Program-made: the position numbers and the translations under genes | Assembly: GCF_009914755.1 (NCBI RefSeq) | Contig: NC_060930.1 | From: the human T2T-CHM13v2.0 reference genome, Homo sapiens | Direction: 5' to 3' (one strand) | Length of the DNA: 64,000 nt | Shown: one piece after another, positions 52,861 through 64,000 of the stretch | How the letters are laid out: the number at the start of each line of letters is the position of its first letter | How positions within the stretch are numbered: position 1 is the first letter of the stretch | The notes under the pieces: model-generated | Seen by the model: only the letters and a program-made list of their open reading frames with translations | What the model was told of the DNA's origin: nothing | Database searches by the model: none

Positions 52861-55061
52861 ACTACTACTACTAATATTAACAGTTAGATGTCTAATTTGT
52901 TCTGGAGAAAACTAGAAGACAGACAGGTAGGTTGATAACTATAAAATTAATAGAATTTTCTGTTACCTGTAGCATAATGCATAAGTATTCTTGTTTTCTT
53001 TCATTTGTTTTAATATTCAGAAGCTATAACAACAATTATAGACACATTATTATCAACGTGGTATGTAATATTTGTTAAGGTTTCTCAGAGGCTGCTAACC
53101 AGGCTTCCACAGGGTTACAGTCTCATTAGGGGCCGAAGACAACATCTAGCCCTTGGCTACAGGTCCTATCTTAATTCTTAGCACCATCCAGGTAATTCAC
53201 GGCTTCAGCTACTCTGTCCTTAATTACTTGGCTCCTTCAGTCCATAGTTATTTTAGTATGAGTTCTCCATCCTTAACGGACTCAGTTCTGTATTTGAATT
53301 TCATTTGTAGACTCAGACGTAGTAAAACTCCCTAGGAATAAGTGCCTAAAAATGAATAGGCTTTTCTAGGAGACTGGACCATAATTTGGAGGACAGTTTT
53401 CTCTCTGGCATTGTCAGGCACTGATTCAGACTCTGTAATTACTAAAGGTTTTTCAAATTATGGCATTTTACATTGGTTTTAATTTTTCATCATTTTGAGT
53501 ATGCAGACTACTATCACGACATTGTCTCAAATAATTCTCCCGGCATCTCTGTGAGGTAAGCATAATTATCCAACTTGAAGCTAAGAAACAGAGTCATGGG
53601 TGAGCAGTGGAAAATGACCCAGTGACTGATCTTCAGGCTCCCAGGCTGATGCAATTTCTTCCCATTCCTCCTGGCTCCTGGAGTTGTCAACCTTTGACAT
53701 TTTAAACTTTACAACCCAACTTAAGTAACAGCTGAGCAGCAGAAATACAAAGACAGCAGCATTCAAAATTTCTGTCCCTCAGATTTTGAGGAAGAATTCA
53801 ATTATTATCATTCTTAAATTAATAATTATTAGAAAACAAGAACACCAATGACAAGAAGTCGATTGTGGGCTAGAGGGAGAGAAGGATCATATGGAAGGAG
53901 GCACATTTCATCTTTAAATAACTGAATAAAAGTGAAGGCTTGTTTTCTCTGTCTTTATTAACTAGAATGTCAGAGCACAGAGAATTTAAAAATTGGGCTT
54001 GCCATGGCTCAGGCTTGTAGGGAAGAGATCTTCCCAGTGAATACGATTATGTATCAAAGACCTTGAAATGAGCATTTCCTCCAGCCAGCTACTAAAAATG
54101 GGCCTGTGGCATTTCTGTGCTTAATTCAGCTGGATAGCCTTTGGGAAAGGGCTGGTGCAATTTTAAATCTGGTGTTAAGATGAGTGATAAAGAACAGTTC
54201 CATCGAGGGCATGGGACAGAGCACACAGAGGAGAAAAAGTTCTGGACTGGGGCCTGGAAGCCTGGTATTCTCATCCCAGGGCTGCCTCTTGTGAGCCACA
54301 GTCTTGAGCTAGTTTCTTAAGCTCCCTGGCTTTCACTTTCCCCACTGTATGAAAATGAAAAGTGAGACAAGATGAGCCTGGGGTCCCATTCAGCTTCGAA
54401 GCCCTGATGTTCTAAAAGCACCTATCCCCAGACACTGACTGTTCTGGCCATGGCCAAGAGCAGATGGATGGTTTAGAAAGCAACACATAGAGGACTATTC
54501 CATGGCGCTACCTGCTGAAATCATTAAACCCAGGGTCTGGTAATTTGTGCCCAAAGCTATATTTTAGGTGCCGAAAAAAGCCTGTGGACAGTTCATGTAA
54601 CAAATTAAATGCAACGAAAGGAAGAGAAATATGAGTTATTACTTTAAACTCTGCCAGATTCAGAACTGTAGGCCAGAAAAGAGATAATGCTGCTTGAGAC
54701 CACAAAAGGAAAAGAATTAGGAAATGCGTCTCCTTTCCCTGATTCACCCCTCTGTGATATCGCCCTCCACTGGCATTGTGGTGTGTGCTTCCTAGAACAA
54801 TAGGCCATCAAATCATGTAGTGCCACAGATGGAAAAAGACCAGACAAACTACACAGGACACTGAAACAGGAACTTGTGACTCTGCCAGCAGAACACGGTA
54901 GTTTCTCTCAGCCATTAGTTCACCTGCAGGGTCATTAAAAAAAAACATTTATTGAGTAACAAGTCTTTCAATGAAGTTGAATTTTATTTTCTTTATTTAG
55001 CCTCTATTGTTCTTAGCTGTGAATAATGTTATTCTTGCCGTTTGCAAAGACCCTAAATGTA

Positions 55062-55141
55062 TTAGGTTGGTGCAAAAGTAATTGCTGTTTTTGCCATTGA
55101 AAGTAACGGCAAAAGCTGCAGTTACGTTTGCACCAACCTAA
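55062..55141. mobile_element. MADE1 (Hsmar1-derived 80-bp MITE)
   Basis: Exactly 80 bp, TA TSDs (55060-61 and 55142-43), TIRs ttaggttggtgcaaa...tttgcaccaacctaa. Confidence 0.95.
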
Positions 55142-57242
55142 TATAATTACAAATGGTAAAAAGCAAAAGGGAGAACTATGACAAAATGTACGTGAACTCC
55201 ACAAATCCAAGGCCCAGTGTAGACACAAGCCTGGCTGAACTGTGTAGGACAGGGAGCACCTGCTTTTTGCAGGATGCTGAGGAACATGGAAGATTAGTAT
55301 GTATGTAATTTTAGCTATAGATTCCTTGCTTATTCATTGATTTTACATAATCTATGACATAGACTAAGTAGAACACAATCTTTCCTGGAAAATTTTCTTA
55401 TTTAACCCTATGAAATAGCTATGAAACCCAGATCATTAAGCAGTTTTGAGTAACATCTATGTCCAAAGTAGAACACAGGCAAACCCAGCCCTTCTGGTCT
55501 ACGTGTGACACAGTCATGAGGACAAACCCACAACAAGAAAAGAAATTTAAAAATAAACAAAAAACCACAAGCCAGGAGCGTTAAAACACAAAGCAATCAC
55601 ACAGAGATCAGAGGAACATTGTCTGTGCCTTCCGTCTCCCCACTCCCAGCCCTTTTAATAACTTAAACAGTTGCCTCTGATCCTTCCTTGGATGGTGGAC
55701 AATACCAAAAGCTGAGATCCACCCTCCACCCTGGCAATTCCATTACTGCATCATGGCTGGACATCTGAAAGAGTCTGGGAATAGCCAGCTGGTTTTAGGC
55801 AGAAGGCCCAATATCAACAGTGTGTCTGGTGGGCAGCTGGAATAAGGCTGGTGAGTGGCTGAGCCTCTATTCCATAAACAACTGGCAGGATGTTTTAGCC
55901 TTTATCAGCCACTGCCTTAATGAAGGCCTGAGCTGCTAATAAAACCTACTCAAAATGGTAGGTCAAAGTCTACCCCCAGGATCCTGGGAATTAGCAGACA
56001 TTTTGATTTCATGTTTAAATAAGCCAATGGGTACTGCTGTTACAATTGAGGCAACACTTCTATCCACTTACCTAATCATAACATTAGCAAAGCTATGATG
56101 CTTTGGATGAAAGTGGGGCAAGCCAGTGGCCTGTCGTCTGAGTCAATCAGTCACTCCAACAGCCACTCTGTTGGTCATCAGTGTAACAACCAACCTCTCA
56201 GTTTGCTGCCATTTTCCTAAGCTTGGCATTTTTCTCATTAGCTGACAAGTTTCAGCTTCTCACTCTGTCATTTATTATTATGAAACACTTTTCACCTCCC
56301 AGGACTCACCACCAGGCCCTCTCACCATCTTATCTACTCCCCACTCCCTTTTCCTGCTTCTGCTCTCATTCATAGGTTTTCTGGCATTGCCACAGAATGC
56401 TATGGAATAATATGGACTTAATACCACTATTCTTTGGTTTTAACCTTATCAGCATCCTCACAAATGCCTGGCGATCCATCTGTTCATCTGTTTTGAATTT
56501 TTTTTGCATATTTTTAGAAGCTGTTGTACTGGACTGGCACTGTCACTCACAAATTGTGTTGTTTGGCAAGTCCTTTAACATCCTCTTCTGTAAAGTGGGT
56601 GGTTGGACTGAAAGGTCTTCAAAGTCTCCCTGGATGTAAAACAGAGGTCATGTTCTGAACCTTCTCAGTCTTCCTCAGATGTCGGTCCTTCATCACTACC
56701 CTTATTCTCACGGACCACCCTGGCTTCTGCTTTATTGAGGCACATGTTTGGTTCCCTAGTTTTGACTCCTTTCTATAACTTCTCTGTCATTCACTCCTCT
56801 CTTTCAGGAAGAGGGCACATGACTCTTGCAAAGGCTAACTTATCCTCCTGCACTCTTTTTCCCTTTTCTTCAGTGATTTTATATATTTTATTGATAGATT
56901 GAAATTATGAATGAAATTCATATTTGTAAACATTTAATAATAATTAATTAAAAGAATGACTTCCCATCCAATCCTACTTTATAAAGATAACCATTTTAAT
57001 TTGCTGGGTATTCTTCCAGAATGTTTACACATATGTATCACATTTATCCAATATATATATTATATATTATATAATGTTTTATATATATAAATGTTTTAAA
57101 TATATATCTATAAAACAAATGTGAATCATGTTATACATGCTATTCTGCAACATATTTTAAAAACTCAACATTCTGCTTCATCCAATAAGTATTTATTGAA
57201 CATTTACTAACTGTGGGTCAAGCTCTATGCCAGGGCATGGAT

Positions 57243-57272
57243 ATACAAGGATGAGAAATACAAGGATGAGAA
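57243..57272. repeat. 15-bp tandem duplication atacaaggatgagaa x2
   Basis: Direct read. Confidence 0.85.
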
Positions 57273-57759
57273 AGCAGATATGGTCCCTGCCACAGTGGAA
57301 CTCACAATGCAGTGGAGGGATATTTTGAGCTTCATTCCATTTTAGTACATACACATTTTGCTCATTGTTTCTAATAATTGCACGGTGTTCTGTAGAAGAG
57401 GTTTACCATAATTTACTTAAACATTTGTCTATTGAAGGACACTTGGGTTCTCCATTTTTTCCTATTGCAACTAATATTATAATGAATACCCTTGGACATT
57501 TGCATGAGTTTTTCTGTGGGACAGAATCATATTAGTGAAATTGCCCAGGTAGAAGGCAATTTAAAATTTTATGCATATTTAAGAATATACATATTTAAAA
57601 TTTCAATATTTTCACATTACTTTATAAAAAGGCTGTAGCAATATATCTTCCCTCATTAGCAGCCAGACTTCTGACCCCAGTCCCCCCATCATCTTTGAAA
57701 TTTTACTTATCAACTATTCTCCCTTTACTTGCATCCACAATCACTCCGTTAACCTATAA

Positions 57760-58197
<438 letters not shown>

Positions 58198-58505
58198 TAA
58201 TGCCACAGTGCTCTCAAGGAGCTCCCCAGTCACCTCAAATCACTACGTCCAATGAGGGCTTAGTCTTTTTAACCCCCATGGAACGTTTCTTCCTTCTCAA
58301 GACCTTCTCTTTTACAGAAACATTCTTCTGTTTTTCTCTTCCTAGCTTTCTGATGTGGCCCCCTTAATACAGGGAGACATTTGGCCTTTGGCATTCTTTC
58401 TTCTCCCTTTATCATTTCCTCCTGATCTAATCTACTGCCCTGGCTTTCATTATTGCTTCTGTATGTGTCTGAACTCTTCATCTCTGGTCAAGGTCATTCT
58501 AATAA

Positions 58506-58956
<451 letters not shown>

Positions 58957-58961
<5 letters not shown>

Positions 58962-59153
58962 TGGCTGGCCGGCCGGCCTGCCTGCCTGCCTGCCTTCCTT
59001 CCTTCCTTCCCTTCTTCCCTTCTTTTCTTTCCTTTCTTTCTCTGTCTTTCTTTCTTTCTCTCTCTCTCTTTCTTTTTCCTTCCTTCCTTCCTTCCCTTCC
59101 TTCCTTCCTTCCTTCCTTCCTTCCTTCCTTCCTTCCTTCCTTCCTTCCTTCCT

Positions 59154-59226
<73 letters not shown>

Positions 59227-59251
59227 TTTCTTTTCTTTCTTGCCTTCTTTT
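58957..59251. repeat. Compound tetranucleotide STR (CTGG/CCGG/CCTG/CCTT/CTTT)n
   Basis: Direct read; about 250 nt of almost pure pyrimidine on the + strand. Confidence 0.97.
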
Positions 59252-60924
59252 TAACAGAATCACTATTCTTCCAGTCATCTAGGCTCAAAATGTCAGCGTG
59301 TTTTTACTACTATCTTGTTCTTGACTCTCATTTCCCATCCATTGCCAAGTCAATAGATTCTACTAAGGCTGCATTTCACACACCAGCATCTTACAGAATA
59401 ATGGGTTAAACAAAGTTAAAAAACATTAAACTGCAATACCTCTTATACCTTTGCATCATGAATCCCTAAAAAGGACAGTTCCTATGCATTTCTCCCCTTA
59501 TAGAGCAAATACATTTTTATTTTCAAGAGAAATCTATTGAAGTTTCTCAGGAAGTTAAGGAATATATTTTGGTAAATGCATGCATAGAAAAAATGTCGTT
59601 CTCTAAAACAGCATTTTGATGTGTCATTTCACTGAATTCATTCAGAAAGAAGCTATATGAAAGGGCCAGATCTGGTGAAAGCCATGCAGAATGGGTGGTG
59701 GGCTTCTTCCTAACATTGTTGCTGATTCCAGACAGTAAACATCCGTGCAGTTCATTGCAAGTGAGTTTCATAATTGGTGTAAAAGTAATTACAGATGCAC
59801 AGGCATTTAGAAATGGGTTAAAACAATTTTGTGCTTACTCAGTATCACTCTGGCTCAAAATTCTTTTAAGTGTTCATCAGACATCTCACTCTGTCTATAA
59901 TTTGGTCCTGCTTGGGTTTTAAAAATAGGTGTCTTTTAAGTGGTATATATTAATTTCCTTTGAGAGCCACTATTTCCATGTATCATCAAGTAAAAAAAAC
60001 TGTGCTCCAAAATTATTCAAACACACTGATACATTTGGCTTCTATAAAAAGTTAATTACAAGCTGACATAGATAAACAATATCTTATACTTTCTTTTAGG
60101 TCCTAGAACTGACTTTGGTTATATCTACATTAGCCGATATGTAGCTCTAAATTATAGCCTAGAAATGATATTCATTGCTACTATGGCATTATTTTATGTT
60201 TCTTTTCACATCAGATAATATTCACAAAATGTAATAAAATAAAAATGTATGAAAAGAAGGAAAATAACTACCTCATTTGTATCTATTTCTCTTAACAAAT
60301 GATATGAATTTTATGCAATGGCTGTAAAATGTTTAATGCAAGTGACACATTTCTAGCTGCCAGGTGGCATGTTCTGCTGTACAGGAAGTGAGTGCCCAAG
60401 GAAGGCAAAGTATGAGTTAGAATGCAAGAAACTGAACACTCCTACTCACACTGGCATGGACAACAGGGAAATTCAGGTTCTCTTTAACAAGAGGCTTGGA
60501 AGTGGCATAAGCACAGGATGTGAGAGCTCCAGCTCTGCTCTTCTGAGAATGTTTGGGTTCTTTCCTCTATATGTTGGTTTTATTCTTAGGCTGGGAACAA
60601 AACGGCTACAGCAGTTCCAGGTCTCACAGCCAGACTTGACATTATTTAGAAGCAGAGAAGCATCCATTCCTCCAGCAGACCACCCCTCAGATTTCATTGG
60701 CCAAAAGGGATCACTACTCATTACTCACCAAGCAATGATAATAGATCAGTTACAGCCTGTAGCTATCAATGGCTTAGGCAATGTGCCACAAACAACAAGA
60801 CAATAGATCGATGGCTTAGATCAATCAAGACTTAGTCTTAGAGAAGGGAATTAGGTCACTATCCTTTGATTTACTTGAATTAATTTGCACTCTGCTAGCA
60901 AGAAAGGAGGGAGAATGGATGTTG

Positions 60925-61300
60925 AATGTATGAGTGGCCTATGATGGAGTAATAAACCACCGAAAACATAGTGCTTAAAATAACTACCATTTATTTAGTT
61001 CATTTTTCTGGGGTCAGCAATTCAGGCTGGGGTCAGCAATTTAGGCTGGGCTCATCTGGATGGTTCTTTGAATTTGTATGGTCTTTCATGTATGACTGAA
61101 GTCAGCTGTGGGTTGACTAGTGGCTCTGCTTTTGTGGGTAGGCTGGCTGTCAGCTGGGGTACTTGGTTCTCCTTCAGAAGTTCTCTCATTCTCCAGAAGG
61201 CTAACCTGGACCTCTTCACATGGTTGAGGCAGGTTACAGGAATAAGAGGGCAAGTTTCAATGTGCAAGCAAGGGCAAGGAAGTGGATAAGTCTCTGGGCA
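60925..61300 (-). mobile_element. MaLR (MLT1-family) LTR relic
   Basis: aataaaccaccgaaaacatagtgcttaaaataactaccatttattta...gggtcagcaatttaggctgggctca are reverse MLT1 motifs. Confidence 0.7.
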
Positions 61301-61738
61301 TATTTGCAATATACCATATTGAGTTTGCCATCATCTGGTATGGCAAAATTTAGTCAAAGATCATTAAAAATATATGCTGCTCTCTTTGTCCTTTTCCTTC
61401 ATTTTACCCACTTAAACACAATAGTACTTTATATAATAGTTTAAGCAAAACTTAGAAGATATCTAGATATCCAATATTTTGGACTTTTTCTCTTCACCCA
61501 TATATCTGCCTTAGGACCTGGCATGATGTTATTGTACCAGGTAGAATATTTGTTAGGAAAGCCCAGCTTCTCGGCCCCTTGCCTAATGAAAGGCTTAGAA
61601 ACTTGAGACTTTTTTTCTAGAGATTTCTAAGCAGAGGCCAACATGCCCCAAGGTATTCTTAATTCTTTAGGATAATGCTTTGTGGTGGGAAAGGCCTTGC
61701 AGTGGAAGATTTAGGTACACGATGATGATCAAGGCTTT

Positions 61739-62254
61739 AAAAAAAAAAAAAAAACTTTTATTTCAAGTTCAGGGGATACAAGTTCAGGTTTGTTATGCAG
61801 GTAAACTTGTGTCATGAGAGTTTGTTGTACAGATTATTTCATCACCCAGGTATTAAGTCTAGTACCCATTAGTTATTTTTCTTATCCTCTCCCTCCTCCC
61901 ACCCTCCACCCTCCAATAGGCCCCAGTGTATGTTGCTCCCCTGTATGTGTCCATGTGTTCTCATTATTTAGCTCCCACTTATAAGTGAGAACATGTGGTA
62001 TTTGGTTTTCTGTTCTTGTTAGCTAAGGGTAATGGCCTCCATCTCCATTACCCTTCAAAAGACATGATCTCATGCTTTATATGGCTGCATAGTATTCCAT
62101 GGTGTACATGGTGTATATGTAGCACATTTTCTTGATCCAGTCTATCATTGATGTGCATTTAGGTTGAGTTCACATCTTTGCTATTGTGAATAGTGCTGCA
62201 ATGAGCATATGGGTGCGTGTGTCTTCATAACAGAATGATTTATATACATTACTG
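61739..62254 (-). mobile_element. L1PA-type (older primate L1) 3' fragment
   Basis: Reverse L1 3' UTR (caggtttgttatgcaggtaaacttgtgtcat, ctcccacttataagtgagaacatg); TSD gatcaaggcttt at 61727 and 62255. Confidence 0.92.
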
Positions 62255-62612
62255 GATCAAGGCTTTCTATACCTGAAGAGAGGTGGCTGTTTAATTTCAT
62301 AGATGCATAAACTGAGAGGTATAAAGGATGATATAGTTGCTTAGTCATAGCCATCAAATGTCAGAATTGAAACAGAACCTGAACTGTGGTCTAAATCTTC
62401 TGTCCAACCATCTTAAATAGTTGGAATTTGGCTGTTTAATAAACTCTCTCACCCAAAACACAACTAGGAACAAAAGCATGAGCAAAAGGAGCCTTTAACC
62501 CTAAAAAGTATGTCATAAAGTCCATGAAATTCACTTTATTTGGAAAAAATCCTCTTCGGATTGTCGATCAGAGTCTGTTTACTCTTATGCTACACACAAC
62601 TATAACAGTGGC

Positions 62613-62919
62613 TTTCTTTCTTTCTTTCTTTTTGAGATGGAGTCTTGCTCTGTCACTCAGGCTGGAGTGCAGTAGCGCAGTCTCGGCTCATTGCAACCTC
62701 TGCTTTCCGGTTTCAAGCTATTCTCCTGCCTCAGCCTCCTGAGTAGCTGGTGTACACCACCACGCGGGGTGAATTTTTTTTTTTTTTTTTTGTATTTTTA
62801 GTAGGGACGGGGTTTCACCATGTTGGCCAGACAGGTCTTGAACTCCTGACCTCAGGCAATCTGCCTTCCTCAGCCTCCCAAAATGCTGGGATTACAGGTG
62901 TGAGCCACCATGCCCAGCC
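62613..62919 (-). mobile_element. Alu (AluS-type)
   Basis: (CTTT)n tail followed by a reverse Alu body. Confidence 0.93.
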
Positions 62920-63679
62920 CTGGCTAGTGGTTTCTAAGTCCACAGTGTATTAGAAAAGTACTTCAAAGGGGGAAAAATAGACATAATTATAAGAGAATGT
63001 GAAGTGATATTTGATAATTTGACAGGAGGGAGAAGAGAGAAAACTTTTAAAAATAAAATTCAGGGATTAAAAAATACAACATTTGGAGCCTTTCTTAAAA
63101 ATGAAAATAGCTCTCTCTATCTAACTGGAATGGAGGGGCATCACTATAATTGTGGTTCATGTAACATACACACATAAATCTATAAGGCAGTATCTATAGA
63201 CAGTATAACTTATCTAATTGCTGGCTTCAGATACCAGAATTTTGTTACATATGTTAGTGTCCCTCGCATCTCTCCCCTAGTACAAGGATTAACCATAGCA
63301 ATATTTAGAAAAGCGTCTTAATTTGGAGGTTCATAAAGCAAGAAAAGAATTTATTGAGAATGATTGAGCCTGCACACTACAGAAATAACTTTCCTCAGTT
63401 TATGAAATAGCTAACTTAATCATAAAAGATACACCACAAAACACAGCTTTTCACCAACATGCTTCCAATGTTAACTTTGAGCCCCTCCACACCAGAATTA
63501 GCAAAGCCCTCTGCTATCTGTGACCTGGGGCCCATCACCATGCTTGGATGGCCACTGTTTAGAGTCTGCATTGGCCACTGACACATCTTCTTTAGGATGG
63601 GGCCCCTTTTTGAATGTAAACTAAGGGGCACACTTGCCTCAGAATGTTTGACTTTATGTTGTGAGGCTGAACATCCTCA

Positions 63680-64000
63680 CACACTGTGGCCCAGCTGTTC
63701 TACTCCTAAGTATATCCCCAATGGAAACTCTGTCACATGCCTCATAGGACATGTGCATAAGAATATTATACTGCTCATAGCAAAACAAAAACACAAAACA
63801 GTCCAAATCCCCTGCCAATGGGATACTGGGTGAACAAACTGATAATGCTTAGACACAGGAAGATGACCGTCTAAATGAATGATTAATTTTAGCCATATAA
63901 TATTAAGTTAAAAACATTAAGTCCCCAAAGAATACCTATGGTATGTTACTCTTTTTTAAAGTTAAGAACAAGTGAAATAAAAATATGAATTTTGGAATGT
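63680..64000 (+). mobile_element. Old L1ME-type fragment
   Basis: cccagctgttctactcctaagtatatcccc...acatgtgcataagaat...cagtccaaat degenerate L1 3' motifs. Confidence 0.55.

Overview
Human or great-ape genomic DNA covering the 5' end of LAMA4 (laminin subunit alpha-4) on the minus strand. It contains a non-coding exon 1 (donor at 39893), exon 2 with the ATG and signal peptide (39390-39725), a 37.5-kb intron 2, coding exon 3 (1761-1862), part of intron 3, the CpG-island promoter and about 24 kb of upstream DNA. Read-through of the exon 2 donor gives a 120-aa intronically polyadenylated LAMA4 isoform. The rest is typical primate non-coding DNA: 21 Alu copies or fragments, L1/L2/MIR relics, two MER41-family LTRs, MaLR LTRs, DNA-transposon fossils (MER6, MER53, MER5, MADE1) and tandem repeats. 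Almost all other ORFs in the track are chance or repeat-derived. I found no prokaryote-type system (CRISPR, operon) and cannot demonstrate a new system from sequence alone. The best leads are regulatory hypotheses around LAMA4. (1) A ~170-bp module downstream of exon 2 has a weak donor, a poly(A) signal inside the short ORF, and a GTAAGT U1 site overlapping that ORF's stop codon. (2) The leader has several uORFs with a TGATG stop/start overlap feeding an ORF that overlaps the main CDS. (3) Intron 2 has a recursive-splice-site-like motif. (4) Two GAS-bearing MER41 LTRs bracket the promoter. Repeat family names come from recall of consensus sequences, not from a search, and their boundaries are approximate unless TSDs are given.
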